A program made the position numbers and the translations under genes. Under the pieces are notes generated by a model, which made no database searches, was not told where the DNA came from, and was given only the letters and a program-made list of their open reading frames with translations. 64,000 nt of DNA from Pseudomonadota bacterium (GTDB taxonomy: Bacteria > Pseudomonadota > Alphaproteobacteria > Rhizobiales > Beijerinckiaceae): NCBI GenBank assembly GCA_021804825.1, contig JAJZGX010000002.1, positions 2,760 to 66,759 on the forward strand, in the 5' to 3' direction. Shown piece by piece: positions 31,326 through 39,502 of this stretch (the first letter of the stretch is position 1; each line of letters begins with the position of its first letter).

Positions 31326-32062
31326 GCATCGAAGCAAATGCCAAGCCGCCGCTGCTGGAAATCAAGGGCGTCAAAACCTATTACGGCAATATCATTGCGC
31401 TCAAGGGCGTTGATCTGTCTGTGGCCGAAGGTGAGATCGTCACCCTGATCGGTGCCAATGGCGCGGGCAAATCCACCCTCATGATGACGATTTTTGGCAG
31501 CCCGCGGGCACGCGAAGGCCAGATCCTCTACGATGGGCGCAACATTTCCAAGCTCGCGACCCACGAGATTGCGCGGCTGGGCATTGCGCAATCGCCGGAG
31601 GGGCGACGGATTTTCCCGCGCATGAGCGTCTATGAAAATCTGCAAATGGGCGCGTCGCTGAACAAGTTTGCGCATTTTACCGAGGATCTGGAACGGGTCT
31701 ATGTCCTGTTTCCGCGATTGAAAGACCGCGCAACGCAGCGTGGTGGCACGCTCTCGGGTGGCGAACAGCAAATGCTGGCGATTGCGCGGGCGATCATGTC
31801 GCGGCCGCGGCTGCTGATGCTGGACGAGCCCTCGCTCGGGCTCGCGCCGCTGATCGCGCTGCAGATTTTCGATGTTATCCGTGACCTCAACAAACGCGAA
31901 GGCCTGACAGTGCTTCTGGTGGAGCAAAATGCCTTCGGGGCGCTGAAACTGGCTGATCGCGGCTATGTCATGGTCAATGGGTTGATTACCATGTCGGGCA
32001 CCGGCAAAGAACTTCTGGCGCGCCCGGAAGTGCAGGCTGCCTATCTCGAAGGAGGCCATTGA
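31322..32062 (+). CDS. braG: Branched-chain amino acid ABC transporter ATP-binding protein
   Basis: 246 aa with GANGAGKST and LSGGEQQMLAIARAIM. LivF type. Confidence 0.93.
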   Translation: MSIEANAKPPLLEIKGVKTYYGNIIALKGVDLSVAEGEIVTLIGANGAGKSTLMMTIFGSPRAREGQILYDGRNISKLATHEIARLGIAQSPEGRRIFPRMSVYENLQMGASLNKFAHFTEDLERVYVLFPRLKDRATQRGGTLSGGEQQMLAIARAIMSRPRLLMLDEPSLGLAPLIALQIFDVIRDLNKREGLTVLLVEQNAFGALKLADRGYVMVNGLITMSGTGKELLARPEVQAAYLEGGH

Positions 32063-32433
32063 TGGGATTGCTCTGGCCGGCCACGCCTAGCGGGCCTTAT
32101 GTGTTCGTGGGCGTGACGCTCATTCTGGGCGGTCTGGGTGCGGTGTCGATTGGCCGCGCCATGGCGACCGGCTGGAATCCTATCTTCAAGGTGCTGGCCT
32201 ATTGCGCCTTGCTTGCGGCGGGCGTGCAATTCCTGCATTATGCGCTGTATCAGGAGCGCTTGCTGACCTTGCATTATTATCTGGTGAATTTTGCTGCTCT
32301 TGCGGTGATCGGCGTCATTGCCTGGCGCCTGCAAAGAGTACGGCAGATGACGGAACGCTATTTCTGGGCCTTCGAAAAGGCCGGGCTGGCGGGCTGGTCG
32401 GCGCGCGGAGGGGTGAATCCCCCACGCCAATAA
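32062..32433 (+). CDS. Small integral membrane protein encoded between braG and braC (DUF6867-like, name from memory)
   Basis: About 123 aa with 3 predicted TM helices (PYVFVGVTLILGGLGAV.., IFKVLAYCALLAAGVQF.., LVNFAALAVIGVIAW..). The ATG overlaps the braG stop (TGATG). Confidence 0.7.
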   Translation: MGLLWPATPSGPYVFVGVTLILGGLGAVSIGRAMATGWNPIFKVLAYCALLAAGVQFLHYALYQERLLTLHYYLVNFAALAVIGVIAWRLQRVRQMTERYFWAFEKAGLAGWSARGGVNPPRQ

Positions 32434-32523
32434 CAGGAGTGATGGCGCGATAATTGCATCACTTGGAACGGGCTTTGGGCCAGCATGGCACCGAAGAATT
32501 GAGGAAGACAAGGGAGTTCGAAA

Positions 32524-33657
32524 ATGAAACATCTGATGTATACGGGCATGATTTTGGCGGCCGGGTTGGCTCTGAGTGGGTCAGCAAACGCTGCGAGCGA
32601 TCTGAAAATCGGCATTGCAGGCCCCATCACCGGCGCAGGTGCGGCATTTGGCAAGCAAATGACGCAGGGTGCTGAACAGGCGATTACCGACATCAATGCC
32701 AAGGGCGGCGTGCTCGGCCACAAGCTTGTGGCAGAAGAGGGCGACGATCAGGAAGATCCCAAGCAGGGCGTGTCGGTTGCCAATAAATTCGTGGGCGATG
32801 GCGTGAAATTCGTGGTCGGCCATTTCAATTCGGGCGTGTCGATTCCCGCTTCCGATGTTTACAAGGAAAACGGCATTCTGGCGATCACCCCGGCCTCGAC
32901 CAACCCGCAGCTCACCGATCGCCCCGGCTACTGGAACATCTTCCGCGTTTGCGGCCGTGATGACCAGCAGGGCGCCGTGGCAGCCGCCTATATCATCAAG
33001 CACCTGAAGAACGACAAGATTGCCTTCCTTGACGACAAGACCACCTATGGCAAGGGTCTGGCTGACATTACCCTCGCGCTCGTCGAGAAAGCCGGTATCA
33101 AGCCGGTGCTGATCGACGAAGTGAATGCTGGCGAAAAGGATTATTCGGCAGAAGTCACCAAGATCAAGGCTTCGGGTGCGCAGCTGGTTTATTGGGGTGG
33201 CCTGCAGGATGTGGGTGGCCTTCTGGTGCGCCAGATGCACGATCAGGGCGTGAAGGCAACCATGTTCAGCGGCGACGGCGTCGTCTCCGATGAGTTCGCA
33301 CAGATCGGTGGCCCGGCCGTCATCGGCACGATGAATACCTTCCAGCCGGATCCGACCAAAAGCCCGGCCGCAGCTGCCGTGGTGAAGGAATTCGCCGCGA
33401 AGAACTTCAATCCGGAAGCCTATACGCTCTATGCCTATGCTGGCGTGCAGGTTATCGCGCAGGCGGCGACCAAGGCGAAGTCCATCGACCCGAAGAAGGT
33501 GGCTGCTGAAATCCACACCGGCATGGTGTTCCATACCGTCATCGGCAATTTCTCCTATGACAAGAAGGGCGACCGCAAGGACGCCGACTATGTGGTTTAT
33601 ACGTGGAAGAAACTGCCGAGCGGCAAGATCACCTACGTGCAGAACGCGCATTCCTGA
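32524..33657 (+). CDS. braC: Branched-chain/general amino acid periplasmic binding protein
   Basis: 377 aa with signal peptide MKHLMYTGMILAAGLALSGSANA/AS. LivJ/K fold motifs (..IAGPITGAGAAFG.., ..VVGHFNSGV..). Confidence 0.93.
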   Translation: MKHLMYTGMILAAGLALSGSANAASDLKIGIAGPITGAGAAFGKQMTQGAEQAITDINAKGGVLGHKLVAEEGDDQEDPKQGVSVANKFVGDGVKFVVGHFNSGVSIPASDVYKENGILAITPASTNPQLTDRPGYWNIFRVCGRDDQQGAVAAAYIIKHLKNDKIAFLDDKTTYGKGLADITLALVEKAGIKPVLIDEVNAGEKDYSAEVTKIKASGAQLVYWGGLQDVGGLLVRQMHDQGVKATMFSGDGVVSDEFAQIGGPAVIGTMNTFQPDPTKSPAAAAVVKEFAAKNFNPEAYTLYAYAGVQVIAQAATKAKSIDPKKVAAEIHTGMVFHTVIGNFSYDKKGDRKDADYVVYTWKKLPSGKITYVQNAHS

Positions 33658-33725
33658 TCAACAAGCGAGGCTCGCCGCGTTCGCGCGGCGGGCCTTGCCC
33701 ATTTAGCCACATGATGCATGCTGTC

Positions 33726-33750
33726 CGCCCCTTTATGGGGCGTTTTCTTT
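33726..33750 (+). terminator. Rho-independent terminator after braC
   Basis: cgcccc-tttat-ggggcg hairpin (33726-33742) followed by ttttcttt. A second GC-rich hairpin (ggctcgccgcg-ttcg-cgcggcgggcc) lies just upstream, at about 33671-33696. Confidence 0.65.
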
Positions 33751-33766
33751 GAGTGAAGGCCGGGCT

Positions 33767-34459
33767 ATGAACGCGGTGGTTCAGGTGGACATGTGGGCTT
33801 GGTCGCTCGACCCGTCCGCGCATGCCATTGCCCATCATGCAGCGCTGCTTGATCGCGAAGAACGGGTGCGCGCCGGGCGCTTCCTCAACGAGCGTCATGG
33901 AAGCCGCTTTGTCGTCGGACGCGCCGGCATGCGGCTGCGGCTGGCGCGCTATATGAAAAAGTCTCCGGCCGATCTGGTCTTCACCTATGGCCCGCATGGC
34001 AAACCCATGCTGGCCGAAGCCGGTGCGCCGCATTTCAACTTGGCACATAGCGATGGCGAGGCGGTGCTGGCCGTCTGCCGCGAGCAGGCCGTGGGCGTCG
34101 ATGTCGAGCGTGGACACCGATTGGATACGGATATTGTCAGCCGGTTTTTTTCGGACGCAGAAATAGCCGCATGGCAACTGCTGCCGGACGCGTCGCGCGA
34201 GCGGGCGTTTTTCCGGGCATGGACCGCCAAGGAAGCGGTGTTGAAGGCGCTGGGCGTCGGATTGTCGGTGCCACTGTCGGCCTTCAGTGTGCGCATCAGC
34301 GCCGAAGAACCCCTGCAATTGCAATCGGCCCCACAGGGCGCAGCTTTGCCTGAAACCTGGTCCATGCAGGAATTTGCCCCGGCTCCTGACTATTATGGCA
34401 CATTGGCGGTGGCTGCGCCGCGCGTCGTCATAAACTGGCGGTCGCTGTCGGAGCGCTGA
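33767..34459 (+). CDS. 4'-phosphopantetheinyl transferase, Sfp/EntD type
   Basis: ATG 33767 is preferred over the TTG 33749 of the track, because the TTG lies inside the terminator T-run. Motifs: ..GPHGKPML.., FNLAHSDGEAVLAV, VGVDVER and FFRAWTAKEAVLKALGVG (W/KEA motif). Confidence 0.85.
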   Translation: MNAVVQVDMWAWSLDPSAHAIAHHAALLDREERVRAGRFLNERHGSRFVVGRAGMRLRLARYMKKSPADLVFTYGPHGKPMLAEAGAPHFNLAHSDGEAVLAVCREQAVGVDVERGHRLDTDIVSRFFSDAEIAAWQLLPDASRERAFFRAWTAKEAVLKALGVGLSVPLSAFSVRISAEEPLQLQSAPQGAALPETWSMQEFAPAPDYYGTLAVAAPRVVINWRSLSER

Positions 34460-34556
34460 CGGGGTTAGAATGGCGCTTGTAGCGCCCGCCATCTCTGGCT
34501 TAAGCTCGGCGCATTCTTGCAGTATGATTCGCACAACCAAAGCTTCTGGAGCCGCC

Positions 34557-35234
34557 ATGACCACGCTCACCCTCGATTCGCTTGATCTTGCCGCCCTTGT
34601 CGCCTCTCGGGTCTGCCATGATGTCATCAACCCGGTCAGCGCCATCATCAACGGCCTCGAGGTGCTTGATGAAAATGTCGATGATCCCGAAATGCGCCAG
34701 CATGCGCTGGAACTTGTGCGCAGCAGCGCGCAATCGGCGTCAGCCAAACTGCAATTTTGCCGCCTTGCCTTCGGCGCATCGGGTTCGATCGGGGCGATGA
34801 TCGACACGGGTGATGCTGAACGCGTGGCGCGCCATCTGTTTGAAAACGAGCGCACGAAGCTGGAATGGGATGCGCCACGCATTTTGCTGGCCAAGAACAA
34901 GGTGAAGGTCATCCTCAATCTCTGCCTCATCGCCAATGCCTGCATCTATCGCGGTGGCATTGTGGCGGTGAAAATCTCCGGCGAGGACGCCGATTTTGCT
35001 TACAGCGTCGAAGCGCGCGGCACCAATGCCAAGCTTCCGAGTGCCATACCGGGGCTGCTGGAGGGCAAGCCTGAGAACGACGCTGTCGATGGCAATTCAA
35101 TCCAGCCATTTTATACCGGGGTGGTGGCACGCGCCAGCAACCTCACCCTGAACGTCGTAGTGGAGGCCGATTGCGTGGCGTTTGCTGGCCGCTCTATGGA
35201 GATCGTCGAGAAAAACGATGCTGAAGCGGCCTGA
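34557..35234 (+). CDS. chpT: Histidine phosphotransferase ChpT (CckA-ChpT-CtrA/CpdR phosphorelay type)
   Basis: Start re-set to ATG 34557 behind GGAG. LAALVASRVCHDVINPVSAIINGLEVLDE.. (phospho-His in CHD), ..AKLQFCRLAFGASGS.. and a degenerate ATPase-like C-terminal domain. It is collinear with Caulobacter ChpT as I recall it. Confidence 0.85.
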   Translation: MTTLTLDSLDLAALVASRVCHDVINPVSAIINGLEVLDENVDDPEMRQHALELVRSSAQSASAKLQFCRLAFGASGSIGAMIDTGDAERVARHLFENERTKLEWDAPRILLAKNKVKVILNLCLIANACIYRGGIVAVKISGEDADFAYSVEARGTNAKLPSAIPGLLEGKPENDAVDGNSIQPFYTGVVARASNLTLNVVVEADCVAFAGRSMEIVEKNDAEAA

Positions 35235-35328
35235 TGGCCCTTGCAGGTTTTGATTTCAAGGCTCCCTTAATACCTTTCTGAAATTCTGTTCAGCAAGACG
35301 CAAGCGGCGCGTCTCGGCTGGCTGACGC

Positions 35329-37890
35329 ATGGACGATTTGCTCAAAGAATTTCTGACCGAAACCAGCGACCATATCGAGGCCGCGGGCAGCCAGATCGTG
35401 CTGTTCGAGCGCGACCCCTCGAATGCGCAACTGATCGCAGGTATTTTCCGGCTGGTGCATACGATCAAGGGCACCTGCGGCTTTCTCGGTCTGCCGCGTC
35501 TGTCACGGCTGGCTCATGCCGCCGAGGCGATGATCTCGCATTTGCGCGACGGTGGCCGACCGGAAACCTCGCACGTCTCGCTGATTCTGGCGGCGATCGA
35601 CCAGGTGAAATTCATCATTGCCGAGCTTGAGCGCACGGGTGCCGAGCCGGAAGGCGATGATGCCGCACTGATTGCCCGCCTGACTGCCGTGCGCGAGGGT
35701 GATGTCGGCGCCGTTGGTGCCGCGACCCCGCCGCTCGCGCCCGCGCCGACAGAGGCGGCTGCCGAGATCAACACGCCGATGGCGGTGACGGACGTGCCGG
35801 TGACGGCCCCCGAACCTGCGGCGCGACACGAGACCGTGCGCGTTTCCGTCGATACGCTCGAACGCATGATGATGCTGGTTTCGGAACTGGTGCTGACCCG
35901 CAACCAGTTGCTCGACATCGTGCGGCGGCGCGACGACGAGACGCTGAACCAGCCGCTGATTCGCCTGTCGTCGCTGACCTCGGATCTGCAGGACAGCGTC
36001 ATGCGCTCGCGGATGCAACCGGTCGGGCGCCTGTTCGCGGGGCTGCCGCGGTTGGTGCGTGAACTGGCCAGCGAACTGGGCAAGCCGCTGCAACTGATCA
36101 CGGCGGGGGCCGAAACCGAGGTTGATCGCCAGATCATTGAACTGATCCGCGATCCGCTGACCCATCTCATCCGCAATTGCGCCGACCACGGTATCGAGCC
36201 GCCCGCCGAACGCGCCACCCGCCGCAAGGCCGAGACGGGCACCATCCGGGTCAGCGCTTCCCATGAAGCCGGCCAGATCATCATCGAAATCTATGATGAC
36301 GGGCGCGGGCTGGATGTTGCCCGCATCCGCGCCAAGGCTATGGCGATGCGCCTCGTACCCGAGGCCGACATTGCGCGGATGAATGACGAGGAAATCTGCC
36401 GCTTCATTTTTGCGCCGGGCTTTTCGACCGCCAGTGCAGTGACCAGTGTTTCCGGCCGCGGTGTCGGCATGGATGTGGTGCGCGAAAACCTTGAGGCGCT
36501 CGGTGGTTCGGTGGCGCTTTCGACCACGGCCGGGCAAGGCACCAGCTTTTTCCTGAAAATTCCGCTGACGCTGGCGATTGCGCCTGCCTTGATCATCGAG
36601 GGCGAACCTGGCCAGCGGTTTGCCTTGCCCCAGCATTGGGTCGTCGAAGTGGTGGGGCTTGACGAAACCGGGGGGCCATCGATCGAATGGGTGCAGGGGG
36701 CAAGTCTGCTGCGCCTGCGCGAAGCGGTCATTCCGGTGATCAATCTCTGCCAATTGCTCATGCAAGAGGGCCATGCGGCGGAATCCTCGGCCTGCGACCG
36801 CATCGTCGTCATGCGCCTGCGGGATTTCACCTTCGGTCTGCGGGTGCGCGGTGTTGCCGATGTGCAGGAGGTGGTGGTCAAGCCGCTGGGCTCGCTGCTC
36901 GGGCCTTTGCCGCTATTTTCCGGCAATACCATTCTGGGTGACGGCGCGGTCGTGCTGATCCTCAATCCCGGTGAAATTGCACAGCGACTTGGCCTCGAGC
37001 GCGTTAGCGATTTTCGCGTGCATGCGCGCGCCGAAGAGTTTGTCATCCCCGCCACGCGCACCAGAATGATCCTGTTCAGCGCCGGTTCTGGCCCGCTGAA
37101 GTGCCTGCCGCTGTCGGTGATCAGCCGGGTCGAGCAATTCGACACAGCCGCCATCCAGAAGGGCGAAAATTGCCTGGTTGTGCCGTTCCAGGGCCGTTTG
37201 ATGCCGTTGCTGATGGTCGGCGAGGACATTGATCTGGCTTTGGCGCCGCAATGCCCGGTGCTGGTCATGGCGGTCGGCGGCGAGCCAATGGGCCTGATCA
37301 TTTCCGCCATTGTCGATATCGTCGATGTCGAGCTTGATATTGAAATTGCCGGGCATCATGATCGGGTGCTGGGCATGGCGCAGATCGGCGACGCGGCGGT
37401 TGAAGTGCTGGACGGTGCCTGGTTCATGAACAATGCCCGCCCGCAGGCTTTCGCGCGCGGTCAGGTCAAGCGTTTTCATGTGTTGCTGATCGATGACAAG
37501 TCGTTTTTCCTCGACTTGCTGTCCCCGGTGCTTTCGGTGGCTGGCTATGATGTGACCACCACGGATTCGGCCGCTCAGGCGATCATGCTGATGGAGCGCG
37601 GCGCCAAATTCGAAGCCATCATAACCGACACCGACATGCCGGACATGGATGGCTATACGCTGGCCCGTGCGCTGATTGCCGATCAACGCTGGAGTTGCCC
37701 GCCCATCCTCGCGCTGGCCTCCTATGCTGGCCCGATCATTCAACAGGCGGCAAAGGCCAGCGGCATGGTGACCGCCGTCGGCAAATTCGACCGTCGTGCC
37801 TTGTTGAAGAGCCTGGCTGATGTCCTCGATCAGGCCACCATCGCGAAACAGACCATCGAAACCGATTTGATTGCGAGGCTGCACACATGA
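35329..37890 (+). CDS. cheA: Hybrid chemotaxis histidine kinase CheA: HPt - dimerisation - HATPase - two CheW-like domains - C-terminal receiver
   Basis: 853 aa. HPt is FRLVHTIKGTCGFLG. The kinase core has DPLTHLIRNCADHG, DDGRGLD and GRGVGMDVV. Two CheW-like segments follow, then a REC (HVLLIDDKS..AIITDTDMPDMDG..VGKFD). Confidence 0.93.
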   Translation: MDDLLKEFLTETSDHIEAAGSQIVLFERDPSNAQLIAGIFRLVHTIKGTCGFLGLPRLSRLAHAAEAMISHLRDGGRPETSHVSLILAAIDQVKFIIAELERTGAEPEGDDAALIARLTAVREGDVGAVGAATPPLAPAPTEAAAEINTPMAVTDVPVTAPEPAARHETVRVSVDTLERMMMLVSELVLTRNQLLDIVRRRDDETLNQPLIRLSSLTSDLQDSVMRSRMQPVGRLFAGLPRLVRELASELGKPLQLITAGAETEVDRQIIELIRDPLTHLIRNCADHGIEPPAERATRRKAETGTIRVSASHEAGQIIIEIYDDGRGLDVARIRAKAMAMRLVPEADIARMNDEEICRFIFAPGFSTASAVTSVSGRGVGMDVVRENLEALGGSVALSTTAGQGTSFFLKIPLTLAIAPALIIEGEPGQRFALPQHWVVEVVGLDETGGPSIEWVQGASLLRLREAVIPVINLCQLLMQEGHAAESSACDRIVVMRLRDFTFGLRVRGVADVQEVVVKPLGSLLGPLPLFSGNTILGDGAVVLILNPGEIAQRLGLERVSDFRVHARAEEFVIPATRTRMILFSAGSGPLKCLPLSVISRVEQFDTAAIQKGENCLVVPFQGRLMPLLMVGEDIDLALAPQCPVLVMAVGGEPMGLIISAIVDIVDVELDIEIAGHHDRVLGMAQIGDAAVEVLDGAWFMNNARPQAFARGQVKRFHVLLIDDKSFFLDLLSPVLSVAGYDVTTTDSAAQAIMLMERGAKFEAIITDTDMPDMDGYTLARALIADQRWSCPPILALASYAGPIIQQAAKASGMVTAVGKFDRRALLKSLADVLDQATIAKQTIETDLIARLHT

Positions 37891-38387
37891 CCATTTCTGC
37901 AACCCCCTCGGCCCGTGCCATTCTAGCTCCCGTCGTGCAGCAGGCCGTCGCGACCACAAGAATTTTCACCGTCCGGGTCGCTGATGAGACATTTGGCATC
38001 CCGGTGGCCGCTGTCCACACAGTGTTCATGATCGATCGGCTTTCGCCGGTGCCCTTGGCCCCTGTAGCGGTCATGGGACTGGTCAATCTGCGCGGCCGCA
38101 TCGTCACGGCACTGAGTTTGCGGCGCCGTCTCGGCCTTGCCGAGCTCAATGTCTCGACCAGAGTGGCCATCGTCATGGAAAACGAGGGTGAAATGCTGGC
38201 CCTCGTCGTTGATGAGGCCGGCGATGTCATTGATCTCGACGCCCATGACCAGATCGAATTGCCACGACACATGACGGCCAGCCGGGCCGCCGTGACCCGC
38301 GCGGTTTATCGCCATGCCCGCGGCCTGCTTTCCATCCTCGATATGGCGGCAATTTATGCCCTGACGCCCGCGATGACAAATTCCTGA
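37887..38387 (+). CDS. cheW: Chemotaxis coupling protein CheW
   Basis: 166 aa CheW-like domain (..IFTVRVADETFGIPVAAVHTV..VNLRGRIVT..). ATGA overlap with cheA. Confidence 0.9.
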   Translation: MTISATPSARAILAPVVQQAVATTRIFTVRVADETFGIPVAAVHTVFMIDRLSPVPLAPVAVMGLVNLRGRIVTALSLRRRLGLAELNVSTRVAIVMENEGEMLALVVDEAGDVIDLDAHDQIELPRHMTASRAAVTRAVYRHARGLLSILDMAAIYALTPAMTNS

Positions 38388-38421
38388 AACTTCACCCATG
38401 CTCACATCAAGGTCAAAAGTC

Positions 38422-38790
38422 ATGAAACACGTTCTGGTTGTCGACGATTCATCCGTCATCCGAAAAGTTGCCACCCGCATTCTCGAATCGATGCGCTTTG
38501 ACGCTTCCGAGGCACCTGGCGGGCGCGAGGCGCTGGCTGCCTGCCAGGAGCATATGCCCGATGCCATCCTGCTGGACTGGAACATGCCGGAGATGGATGG
38601 GTTTCAGTTCCTGCAGGAATTGCGTCGCATGCCAGGTGGCCACGGCCCCAAGGTGTTGTTCTGCACGACCGAGAACGAAGTGGCCTATATTGCAAAGGCC
38701 ATGCATGCCGGTGCCGACGAATATATCATGAAGCCGTTCGACAAGGATATATTCCGCTCGAAACTCCAGGAAATCGGCCTCATCGCGTAA
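38422..38790 (+). CDS. cheY: Chemotaxis response regulator CheY (single receiver domain)
   Basis: Start re-set to ATG 38422: MKHVLVVDDSSVIRKV..AILLDWNMPEMDGFQFL..IMKPF. Confidence 0.9.
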   Translation: MKHVLVVDDSSVIRKVATRILESMRFDASEAPGGREALAACQEHMPDAILLDWNMPEMDGFQFLQELRRMPGGHGPKVLFCTTENEVAYIAKAMHAGADEYIMKPFDKDIFRSKLQEIGLIA

Positions 38791-38824
38791 CGCCGCCACG
38801 CCACGCAGCAGGGGTCAGATCGAC

Positions 38825-39502
38825 ATGCGAACCGCACCGGATGCTCCAGGCGATGTCATAAAGGCGGTGGGCGAACCCATCGTCATGCGACGTTTTTCGC
38901 CCATGCCCCCCGCCGCGCTGCTGATAGGCGCTTCGACAGGCGGCCCGCAAGCCCTCGAACTTTTGCTGACAACCGCCTCGAGCTGGCTGCGGCTGCTGCC
39001 CATCGCTGTGGTGCTGCACGCGCCGCCCGGTTTCATCGAGGTCGTTGCTGCCAATATTGCCCGCGCTTCCGGCATGCCCACGCGGATCGCCTGCCATGGT
39101 GACAAATTCCTGCCCGGCACGATCTATTTCGCCCCCGGCGACAAGCATTTGCGAGTCATGCGGGCCGACCGCCGGGTGATCCTGATGCACAGCGATGCCA
39201 AGCCCGAGAATTTCTGCAAGCCGGCAGTGGACGTGCTGTTTTCCAGCGCCGCACGCGCTTTTGGCCCCGAGGCGCTGGGCATTGTGCTCACCGGCATGGG
39301 ACGCGATGGCCTGGCCGGTTCACGGATGCTCGTTGACGCTGGTGGCTCGGTGATCGTGCAGGACGAAGCCTCTAGCGCTGTCTGGGGCATGCCAGGGTCC
39401 ATTGCCCGCGCCGGACTGGCCAGCGCGGTCTTGCCGCTGGCCGGCATGGCTTCGGCGCTCGATGGCCTGCTGGTGGCGAAGCAGCGGAGGGTCACGGCGT
39501 GA
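38825..39502 (+). CDS. cheB: Protein-glutamate methylesterase CheB, catalytic domain only (no N-terminal receiver)
   Basis: 225 aa with the catalytic Ser motif IGASTGGPQAL, His in VLHAPPGF and Asp in LTGMGRDG. There is no REC domain in frame upstream. Confidence 0.88.
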   Translation: MRTAPDAPGDVIKAVGEPIVMRRFSPMPPAALLIGASTGGPQALELLLTTASSWLRLLPIAVVLHAPPGFIEVVAANIARASGMPTRIACHGDKFLPGTIYFAPGDKHLRVMRADRRVILMHSDAKPENFCKPAVDVLFSSAARAFGPEALGIVLTGMGRDGLAGSRMLVDAGGSVIVQDEASSAVWGMPGSIARAGLASAVLPLAGMASALDGLLVAKQRRVTA

